Shown here in pieces: positions 57,131 to 64,000 of a stretch of DNA of 64,000 nucleotides. The position numbers were made by a program, and so were the translations under genes. The first letter of the stretch is position 1; each line of letters opens with the position of its first letter. Where the stretch lies: the NCBI GenBank assembly GCA_964474085.1, contig CAYYRJ010000009.1, forward strand, positions 13,570 through 77,569, written 5' to 3'. This stretch comes from an uncultured Planctomycetales bacterium. Lineage in GTDB: Bacteria; Omnitrophota; Gorgyraeia; Zapsychrales; JANLHA01. The notes under the pieces were generated by a model. That model did not search any database. It was not told the DNA's origin and saw only the letters and a list, made by a program, of their open reading frames with translations.

Positions 57131-59452
57131 ATGCCTAAATCCGGTTCAAAAAATAGCCTTATAAAAATATTTTTTTTCTTGGGTCTTTTGTTATGCGCGG
57201 CTTTTTATGATGTTGTTTTCCTAAACAAAACATTAAAAGTCACGACGGCCAATTCGCAAGCTCTGCCAAATGGTGTTTACGGTCAAGAGCACAACAAGCC
57301 CCGCTTTATTCCGGCCAATGGCACCGATGCGCCTGTTTCAGAAGAGCCGATTTATGAATTTATAAAGCAAAATCTCCGACGAGGAATCTTGCCTTTATGG
57401 AATCCCCATCAAGCCTGCGGCTACTCTTTGATCGGAATGCTTGAGGTGGGGATTTTTTATCCGCTGACTCTAATCGTCTATTTACTGCCTAATATCGTGT
57501 CCATTGACATTTTGATTTTAAGCCGTCTTCTGCTCGCCGGTTTGTTTACGTTTTGGTTTATGCGCCGTATCGGCTTTAAAGATCCGCCCGCTTTTTGCAG
57601 TGCACTCGTTTTCATGTTAAGCGGGCCGATGGTTTTGTTGCAATACTGGACAGCCAACGTGGATCTTTTACTTCCTTTGCTGCTTATCGCGCTTAACCGC
57701 CTTATTATTAGAGAAGCCAGCCGTCATTCTCTTGCAACATTAGCACTGGTCATCAGCTTAACGATTTTTGCCGGCCATCCGGAACACGTTTTTTTTGTCA
57801 ATGTTGTTGGTTTTGTTTTTTTTGTTTTTCAAACATTTTCCCTAAGTTCAAAAAATAATTACAAAAAATTATTTCTCTCTTATACAGGCGCTTACCTGCT
57901 AGGAGCGGCACTTGCATCAATCGTCCTTTTTCCTTTCTTGAGAAATCTCGTCGGAGAATTCTGGAGCGGCCATCCTGCGGGCACAGGCCTTTTGATGGAA
58001 GAACAAAGGGACCGTGCTTTAAGCTTAGCTTTGCCACATTTTTTCCAAAAAGAAAACCTTACCTTTGATTTTACGTTTGCCGGCTGGTGGGGCGGATATT
58101 TAGGGACGCTGCCTTTGGCTTTGACTTTTTTAAGTCTTTTTAATAACCACAAAAAAGGGCTCAATTATTTTTTTATGCTCCTTTTACTGCTGATTCTCAG
58201 CAAAGCTTATGGCCTGCCATTTATTAACTGGATCGGCCACCTGCCAATATTTGATACATGCCGCTATGCGATTCATACGCCACCCTTAGCAGCGTTTTGC
58301 GTCGCTGTTTTAAGCGGGATGGGCTTTCGTTCGATAACCAGTTCTAAAAAGTTATTCTTTAAAGCACTTATTTTTACTCTCGGCCTTTTAATAATCGTCG
58401 GCACTCATCTTTATATTCTTCGCCATGCCACGCATTTTCATATTTCACTAGCTGCAAGCGTCTTTGCTTTTTTTCTGCTTCTGATATTCCAAATTATCCT
58501 AGTACTTAAGGACCGACGCCTCTTAAAAAGGAAATCTTTAAGCATTGTCCTTTTGGTCCTTATCTTTTTAGAATTATTTCTCTACATTCACCGCGAACAT
58601 CCCAAACGGTTTGACTCTTTTGCCAAAGTGCCTTACATCGAATTTTTAAAATCACGCAATGAACCTGCGCGCAGCTACGGCATCTTTTGGGCATTTTACC
58701 CAAATACAGCAACTGGTTTTGGCGTTGATGACTTAGGTTATTTTTTAGGACTTGTCCCGACGAGATTTGTAGACTTTGTCAACGCTCTGGTCATCGAAAA
58801 CCATTTCCAAAAAGATTTGCGGCCTCCCGCCTTGCGTGCGATGCCCATTGAAAACAAGCGCCATTACATACTCGATCTGCTGGGCGTTCGTTACATTGTC
58901 GCACCACCAAAAATGAATTTAGAAAATCTGCTTAAACTGACAGCTGTCTATCAAAAAGAAGTTGTTATTTTTGAACGTCCAACCGCATTCCCGCGCGCTT
59001 ACGTTGTACACCGCGCAATTTTCGAACCCGACAAAACAAAATCTCTGAATTTAATCGGACGTCTTAGTACCGCCGGCCGACAAGGCATTATTATCAGCGA
59101 TCCTGACAACCAAAACCTTTCGGCACAGCTTAACAACACACCCATCGAAGATGCTTCAATCGTCAAAATGAACCACGAAAACCCTAACGAAATTTTTCTG
59201 ACCGCGCGAATGGAACATCCCGGTTTTGTTGTCCTCACGCAATCGTATCACCCCGATTGGAAAGTTACGATCGACGGGAAGAATGCAAAAGTTTTTCAAA
59301 CAAATTATCTTATGCGTAGCGTCTTTGTCCCCGAAGGAATACACGAAATCCAATTTAAATTTATACCGTTGTCGTTCTATGCAGGAGTGATGGTAAGTTT
59401 TATCTCATTGTTTTTTCTTGTCGGCCTATTAACCTTCCCTGAAAAAAAATAA
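57131..59452 (+). CDS. Large polytopic membrane protein, YfhO/ArnT-like putative glycosyltransferase
   Basis: Start taken at ATG 57131 (MPKSGSKNSLIKIFFFLGLL). About 13 TM helices with a WNPHQACGYSLIG motif and a roughly 250-aa C-terminal soluble domain. 773 aa. Confidence 0.5.
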   Translation: MPKSGSKNSLIKIFFFLGLLLCAAFYDVVFLNKTLKVTTANSQALPNGVYGQEHNKPRFIPANGTDAPVSEEPIYEFIKQNLRRGILPLWNPHQACGYSLIGMLEVGIFYPLTLIVYLLPNIVSIDILILSRLLLAGLFTFWFMRRIGFKDPPAFCSALVFMLSGPMVLLQYWTANVDLLLPLLLIALNRLIIREASRHSLATLALVISLTIFAGHPEHVFFVNVVGFVFFVFQTFSLSSKNNYKKLFLSYTGAYLLGAALASIVLFPFLRNLVGEFWSGHPAGTGLLMEEQRDRALSLALPHFFQKENLTFDFTFAGWWGGYLGTLPLALTFLSLFNNHKKGLNYFFMLLLLLILSKAYGLPFINWIGHLPIFDTCRYAIHTPPLAAFCVAVLSGMGFRSITSSKKLFFKALIFTLGLLIIVGTHLYILRHATHFHISLAASVFAFFLLLIFQIILVLKDRRLLKRKSLSIVLLVLIFLELFLYIHREHPKRFDSFAKVPYIEFLKSRNEPARSYGIFWAFYPNTATGFGVDDLGYFLGLVPTRFVDFVNALVIENHFQKDLRPPALRAMPIENKRHYILDLLGVRYIVAPPKMNLENLLKLTAVYQKEVVIFERPTAFPRAYVVHRAIFEPDKTKSLNLIGRLSTAGRQGIIISDPDNQNLSAQLNNTPIEDASIVKMNHENPNEIFLTARMEHPGFVVLTQSYHPDWKVTIDGKNAKVFQTNYLMRSVFVPEGIHEIQFKFIPLSFYAGVMVSFISLFFLVGLLTFPEKK

Positions 59453-59489
59453 ACCCCCGCTTGCTTTCGCAAACAGGGGTTTAAAAAAT
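59451..59489. terminator. Bidirectional intrinsic terminator
   Basis: aaaccccc-gcttgc-tttc-gcaaac-a-ggggttt hairpin, flanked by T-runs on both strands. Lies between convergent genes. Confidence 0.5.
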
Positions 59490-59495
59490 AATCTT

Positions 59496-59765
59496 TTATT
59501 TCTTATTGCGATTAGCTAACTTTTTTGTTTTCTCGTCACGTTTAGTGCGTTCTTGGCCTTTACGCTTCTTAGCTTGAACAGCCGAATACTTTTCAGGAAG
59601 ATGATACTTCATCCAACCTTCCGCATAAAGTCTTAGCCACTCATCGGTTGCACGTTCAATACCGATTGAATAACCCGCTTTTTGACTCTCAATCCACAAA
59701 TGCCGGTTGATCTCCTCAATCACGCGCTTGTCTTTGAGCAAATCACGAAGTTCATCAATTTTCAT
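59496..59765 (-). CDS. Small hypothetical protein with a basic C-terminal tail
   Basis: 89 aa. The C-terminus AKKRKGQERTKRDEKTKKLANRNKK is Lys/Arg-rich. Confidence 0.45.
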   Translation of the reverse strand: MKIDELRDLLKDKRVIEEINRHLWIESQKAGYSIGIERATDEWLRLYAEGWMKYHLPEKYSAVQAKKRKGQERTKRDEKTKKLANRNKK

Positions 59766-59850
59766 AAAGCCCTCCCTAAAAGAACGTTGCCTGCAAACTC
59801 AGAAATATGAAAGTCAGTATACCGTACTTATTTTGGAACATAAATAAAAA

Positions 59851-60564
59851 TTATAACAATCTGCGATTAGCCACAGCCCAATGCGAAAAAACTATTCCTA
59901 ATTCATATAAGGCCAAAAGCGGAATTGTCAAAATAATTTGGCTGACAACATCCGGAGGAGTCAATATTGCGGCAACGATCAGAATAATCACGATCGCATA
60001 ACGACGTTTTTCGCGCAAGAATTGCGGTGTTGCAATGCCCAAGCGTGTCAAAAATGCCAGAATAAGCGGCAATTCAAACGTAACACCCGACGAGATTATT
60101 ATCGTCCCAACGAAAGAAATGTAATTATCCACCGTAATCATCGGAACCATCCAGGGTGAAGAAAAACTCATTAAAAATTTAAGCGAAATCGGCAAAATCA
60201 CAAAATAACCAAACCCGATGCCGGCAAAAAAGAACACAAGCGACAAGGGGCCAAATACATAAACATACTTTTTTTCTTGGTCTGTTAAGCCCAAAGAAAC
60301 AAATTTCCAAATTTGGTAAAGAATAACCGGCAACGATAAAAGAAAGCCGCCAATCATCGAAAGGGTCATGCGGGCATTAAAAGCTTCAGCAGGAGAGGTA
60401 AAAACAATTTTTCCGACAGGAGAAACGATAAGTCCAATCAGAGGATCAATAAAATTCCAGACTAAAATCGTCGCCAGCACGAAAGCGCCGATCGCTTTAA
60501 GCAAACGATCGCGCAATTCCTGCAAATGACTAAAGAATGAAACAAAAATTTCAGGTTGGGACAT
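59851..60564 (-). CDS. tatC: Sec-independent protein translocase subunit TatC
   Basis: Start reset to ATG at 60562-60564 (MSQPEIFVSFFSHLQELRDRL...). Six TM helices. The ORF-track N-terminal extension runs through tatA. Confidence 0.85.
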   Translation of the reverse strand: MSQPEIFVSFFSHLQELRDRLLKAIGAFVLATILVWNFIDPLIGLIVSPVGKIVFTSPAEAFNARMTLSMIGGFLLSLPVILYQIWKFVSLGLTDQEKKYVYVFGPLSLVFFFAGIGFGYFVILPISLKFLMSFSSPWMVPMITVDNYISFVGTIIISSGVTFELPLILAFLTRLGIATPQFLREKRRYAIVIILIVAAILTPPDVVSQIILTIPLLALYELGIVFSHWAVANRRLL

Positions 60565-60580
60565 CAGCGCAGCACGTGTT

Positions 60581-60754
60581 TTATGACTTTTTTTCGTCGG
60601 AATCTTTTTTTTCGTCCTCGCCTTTAAGGGCTTTCTGAAATTCACGAATCGCTTTGCCTAATGAACTGCCGATTTCAGGAAGACGCTTAGAGCCGAAAAG
60701 AAACAGGATCACAACCAAGATCAAAAGTATTTCTAAAAACCCTAAATTGCCCAT
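60581..60754 (-). CDS. tatA: Twin-arginine translocase subunit TatA/E
   Basis: My translation: MGNLGFLEILLILVVILFLFGSKRLPEIGSSLGKAIREFQKALKGEDEKKDSDEKKS. Canonical TatA (TM, FG.KLP, amphipathic helix). Absent from the ORF track because it is under 60 aa. Confidence 0.8.
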   Translation of the reverse strand: MGNLGFLEILLILVVILFLFGSKRLPEIGSSLGKAIREFQKALKGEDEKKDSDEKKS

Positions 60755-60784
60755 AACGATAACTCCCTTAAAAAAATTTTTATA

Positions 60785-61384
60785 TTAATCCGGTTTGACC
60801 TGATAGTAATCACGGCTAAACTCCGTGAGTTTTTTGTCAACTGGCTCAACGTAAGAAACAACATCCAGCGCCGATGTCACCTTCACGGTTCCGACTCTTT
60901 TATCTGCCTCAAAAACCCCTAAGCGGACTCCTTTCGTCACGCCGTTTAAAACACCCAGCGTAACCATCGCATTCCCAGACTTGCGGTTGATCCATAAGGA
61001 ACCTTCTTTGCGGTCAGCCTCGCTTTCTCCGTGAACTTTTTCGGAAGCACGGACAACTTTTTCTAAATCAAGAACCCGGCCGACCTGCTGCTGCAATTCT
61101 TCTTTTTGGCTTGTAGCCGCTTGTTTTTCGGTACTTACCAGCAGAAGTTTTTCATTTAGGTCTTTGACTTCAACTTCCTTTGCGCTTTGTGCATTGACGG
61201 TCAAGTACAATAAAAAAACCGCCCCTAAAAATGAAACAAAAATAAAAACAAGACCCGTAAAAATTTGTTTTTTCCCGTCGGGAAAAGCCGGCGGTTTAGA
61301 CGCCAAAACAGCGGCCTTTGGCGCCCCTTTAGGTGCCGGCACAATAGGTTGCGCATCTTTTTTCCCAAAAGAAGGAAATTTCAT
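60785..61384 (-). CDS. Hypothetical membrane-anchored protein with coiled-coil region
   Basis: Pro/Ala-rich N-terminus, one TM helix and a coiled coil. No assignable domain. Confidence 0.45.
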   Translation of the reverse strand: MKFPSFGKKDAQPIVPAPKGAPKAAVLASKPPAFPDGKKQIFTGLVFIFVSFLGAVFLLYLTVNAQSAKEVEVKDLNEKLLLVSTEKQAATSQKEELQQQVGRVLDLEKVVRASEKVHGESEADRKEGSLWINRKSGNAMVTLGVLNGVTKGVRLGVFEADKRVGTVKVTSALDVVSYVEPVDKKLTEFSRDYYQVKPD

Positions 61385-61480
61385 AGCGTTATCTTATCAC
61401 AACTTTAAACTGCGGCTGACAACAAAAATACCGTTTATCCTAGCAACAGAAAACCCTATCTATAGAGATGGGGTGGCGCT

Positions 61481-62755
61481 TCACTTTCTGCCCAGCAAGG
61501 CAAACATCTTGGTTTTGTAGGCCTCCACTCCAGGCTGATTAAACGGATTGACCCCCATCAGATAACCGGTCAGGGCGACGGATTTTTCATAAAAATAAAA
61601 TAACTGGCCTAAAGTATACGCGTCAAATTTAGGCAGAGTGATTGTCATGTTCGGGACCCCGCCCTCGAAATGCGCCATAGCCGTGGCCTTGTAGGCCTGC
61701 TCATTGACCCAATCTAAATTTTTTCCGGCGACACAATTAAAATTGTCCTGATTCTTTTTGTCTTTAGGAACAAGTATTTTGCATCCGGTGTCTTTCACAA
61801 CGAGAAACGTCTCAAAAAGATTTCGTTCCCCTTCCTGAATCAACTGGCCCATCGAGTGCAGATCGGCCGTAAAATTAACCGACGCAGGAAAAATCCCTTT
61901 GCCCTCTTTGCCTTCGCTTTCGCCAAAAAGCTGTTTCCACCACTCGCCGATAAAATCCATCTCTTCATAAAAAAACGCCTTTATTTCAATGACCTTCTTT
62001 TGCTTATACAAAAGATAGCGGCTGGCTGCATATTGCCAAGCCATATTTTTTTCCAAGTCCGCTTGCCCAAGTTCTTTTTCGGCATCAGCGGCACCCTTAA
62101 TTAGAGAAGCTATGTCAATACCGGCCATAGCCAGCGGCACTAAGCCTACCGGAGCCAGAACAGAAAACCGCCCGCCGATATCATCGGCAATCGGATACGT
62201 GCGGTAGCCCTCATCATTAGCTATCGAGCGCAATGCGCCTTTTTTCTCGTCGGTAATGCAGATGATTCTTTGTTTTAACTGGGCGGCGGAATATTTGCTT
62301 TCCATAAATTTTTTGACGAGCCGAAACCCTAAAGCTGGCTCAGTCGTCGTGCCCGACTTAGAAATCACAAGCACGGCCACGCGCTTGTTTTTTAATTTCG
62401 CAAAGAGATTCTGAAAATACCCAGAGCTTAGGTTGTGCCCGGCGTAATAAACGGGAATCTTTTGCTCACGAGACAAAAAATCCAAGGCCGCGCGAATACC
62501 GATATAGGAACCGCCAATACCAATTGAAATAATGCAATCTGAATTCTTACGAACTTTTTCACCCAAAACTTTCAGTTGGGCTAAAAGTTTTTTGTCGGTT
62601 TGGCTTGGCAGATTCAGCCAGCCGGTAAACTCGCTTCCCTTGCCTTGGCGAGAATGCAAATCCTCGTGGGCTTTTTGCAATTGAGGGACAAGCGCCTGCA
62701 AATCTTTTTTTTCAACAAAACCTTTTAAATTTGCCAAATCTAAACTGATCTTCAT
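61481..62755 (-). CDS. pgi: Glucose-6-phosphate isomerase (short bacterial/archaeal type)
   Basis: SIGIGGSYIG and GGRFSVLAPVGL PGI motifs. 424 aa. Confidence 0.85.
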   Translation of the reverse strand: MKISLDLANLKGFVEKKDLQALVPQLQKAHEDLHSRQGKGSEFTGWLNLPSQTDKKLLAQLKVLGEKVRKNSDCIISIGIGGSYIGIRAALDFLSREQKIPVYYAGHNLSSGYFQNLFAKLKNKRVAVLVISKSGTTTEPALGFRLVKKFMESKYSAAQLKQRIICITDEKKGALRSIANDEGYRTYPIADDIGGRFSVLAPVGLVPLAMAGIDIASLIKGAADAEKELGQADLEKNMAWQYAASRYLLYKQKKVIEIKAFFYEEMDFIGEWWKQLFGESEGKEGKGIFPASVNFTADLHSMGQLIQEGERNLFETFLVVKDTGCKILVPKDKKNQDNFNCVAGKNLDWVNEQAYKATAMAHFEGGVPNMTITLPKFDAYTLGQLFYFYEKSVALTGYLMGVNPFNQPGVEAYKTKMFALLGRK

Positions 62756-62767
62756 ATCAATCCTTTC

Positions 62768-63883
62768 TTAGCTTTCACATTTGATCGGCTCTTCTATTGT
62801 GGCTCCACCTAAGACCACGTCCCCGTCATAAAAAACGACCGACTGACCCGGCGTCACCGATTTTTGCGGTTCATAAAAATCCAAACGAACTGAATCTTGA
62901 CCTAAATACGTCAACCGCGCTTTGACAAGTTCTGCATTATAACGAATACGGGCCGCAACCTCAATTGTCGTTTGAGGAATATCCATACTGACAGGATTAA
63001 AATTGCTGGCCAACAGTCCCGCAGAATACAACATCGACAAAGGCCCGACATAAACCGTGTTCGTTTCTTTTTCAATTTTATAAACATACACCGGCACGCC
63101 TAAAGCAATCCCTAACTTATCGCGCTGTCCGATCGTATAATTGGCAATTCCCTGATGCTGCCCGACAATTTCGCCATGCTCATTTTTAAATGGCCCAGGG
63201 ACAAAGACAGCGTTACCGACGCGCTGACGGATAAATTCTTTATACCCGCCGTCGGGGACAAAACAGATATCCTGACTCTCAGCTTTCTCGGCGGTGTTTA
63301 ACTGATATTTTCGTGCTAATTCGCGGACTTGGGCCTTATTCAAATCGCCTAAAGGAAACAGCACTTTGGGCAATGTTTCTTTGGCCATACTATAGAGAAA
63401 ATAGCTTTGGTCTTTGCGCTCGTCAACAGCTTTATAAAGTTCATACCGATTCTTTTGCGCATTAAAAACAATTTTTCCATAATGACCCGTCGCCAAAAAT
63501 TCGCCCCCCATCGCCATGACTTTCTTATAAAGCGAACCGAATTTCAAATGCTGATTGCAGCGCACACACGGATTAGGCGTGCGCCCGTTTAAATATTCAT
63601 TGGTAAAGTCCTCAATGATAAAATCATTGATGTCCGCCGCAAAATCCAAAACATAATGCGGGATATCCAAAATCTGCGCCGCCCGACGAGCATCCGTAAT
63701 GCCGTCGACCCCGCAGCAAGAAGGCTTTTTGCTGTTGGGATGCGATATGCTAAAGCACATCGTAACGCCCACAACATCATGCCCAGCCTCTTTCATAAGG
63801 CCGGCAACGACCGAGGAATCTACCCCACCGCTCATCGCGACAAAAACTTTTTTAGAATTCTTCTTATTCATATTAAGACTCAT
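62768..63883 (-). CDS. mnmA: tRNA-specific 2-thiouridylase MnmA
   Basis: PP-loop VFVAMSGGVDSSV plus catalytic Cys residues. Confidence 0.9.
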   Translation of the reverse strand: MSLNMNKKNSKKVFVAMSGGVDSSVVAGLMKEAGHDVVGVTMCFSISHPNSKKPSCCGVDGITDARRAAQILDIPHYVLDFAADINDFIIEDFTNEYLNGRTPNPCVRCNQHLKFGSLYKKVMAMGGEFLATGHYGKIVFNAQKNRYELYKAVDERKDQSYFLYSMAKETLPKVLFPLGDLNKAQVRELARKYQLNTAEKAESQDICFVPDGGYKEFIRQRVGNAVFVPGPFKNEHGEIVGQHQGIANYTIGQRDKLGIALGVPVYVYKIEKETNTVYVGPLSMLYSAGLLASNFNPVSMDIPQTTIEVAARIRYNAELVKARLTYLGQDSVRLDFYEPQKSVTPGQSVVFYDGDVVLGGATIEEPIKCES

Positions 63884-63900
63884 GTCTTCTTGAGAATTTA

Positions 63901-64000
63901 GGGTAAGTCCGAACGGCGAATTGAACGCAGCCCCGATTTTCTCCCGCCGTTAGGCGGGAATCTACCGGGGACCGTTCATTGAGCCGGCAGGACTTGCCCT
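63901..64000. repeat. Family-4 structured repeat, copy b (reverse orientation relative to copy a; reaches the window edge)
   Basis: Core matches the reverse complement of 3843-3955. Closing stem gggtaagtcc/ggacttgccc. The internal stem ccccg/cgggg replaces ccctg/caggg of copy a, a compensatory change. Confidence 0.75.

Noticed and set aside
1-64000. tRNA or rRNA genes
   Set aside because: No T-arm GTTCGAATC-like motifs or cloverleaf-compatible sequences were seen in any intergenic spacer. There are no long non-coding stretches compatible with rRNA.

Overview
This 64-kb window reads as a chromosomal segment of a diderm bacterium. It encodes LptD, a Tat system and an hrcA-grpE-dnaK-dnaJ operon with a CIRCE operator. 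About 46% GC by eye, and nearly all genes sit on the minus strand in long operons.

Gene content, by coordinate:
- 1-9.8 kb: a nucleotide-sugar island. It contains a partial HddC-like nucleotidyltransferase, an HddA-like GHMP kinase, a B12-binding radical SAM enzyme, an SDR epimerase, a GDP-fucose-synthase-like reductase, a minimal split ThDP-dependent enzyme, UDP-xylose synthase, and two nucleotide-sugar dehydrogenases including ugd. The island is joined to lptD and a ROK kinase.
- 13-15.4 kb: two tandem GGDEF diguanylate cyclases.
- 15.7-19.3 kb: a MalK-like ABC ATPase, an unknown protein and a GPH-family sugar symporter.
- 20-34 kb: accD, a DUF1015 protein, then a heat-shock/housekeeping supra-operon (SPOR protein, miaA, hflX, clpB, hrcA, grpE, dnaK, dnaJ).
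- 34-52 kb: metB-like, ygfZ-like, NUDIX, cca, nrdR, glyA, rpiB, a TsaC/Sua5-LMW-PTP fusion, and a purine operon (purE, purD, purM, purQ, a LOG protein, purL with tandem PurS domains, purC, purB).
- 52-64 kb: a polyprenyl synthase, a TMTC-like membrane/TPR protein, hemW, a YfhO-like membrane protein preceded by a tiny Lys-rich leader ORF plus terminator, tatA-tatC, pgi and mnmA.

The most unusual content is non-coding. At least 13 copies of four families of highly structured intergenic elements (about 70-200 nt) carry conserved cores and closing stems that differ between copies but stay complementary. Several show clean compensatory base-pair changes. They occur in both orientations and only at junctions between co-directional genes. 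Two inverted copies of the largest family bracket a 15-kb segment holding the sugar, LptD and GGDEF genes. I could not assign these elements to any known RNA class, ribozyme, attC site or mobile-element end.
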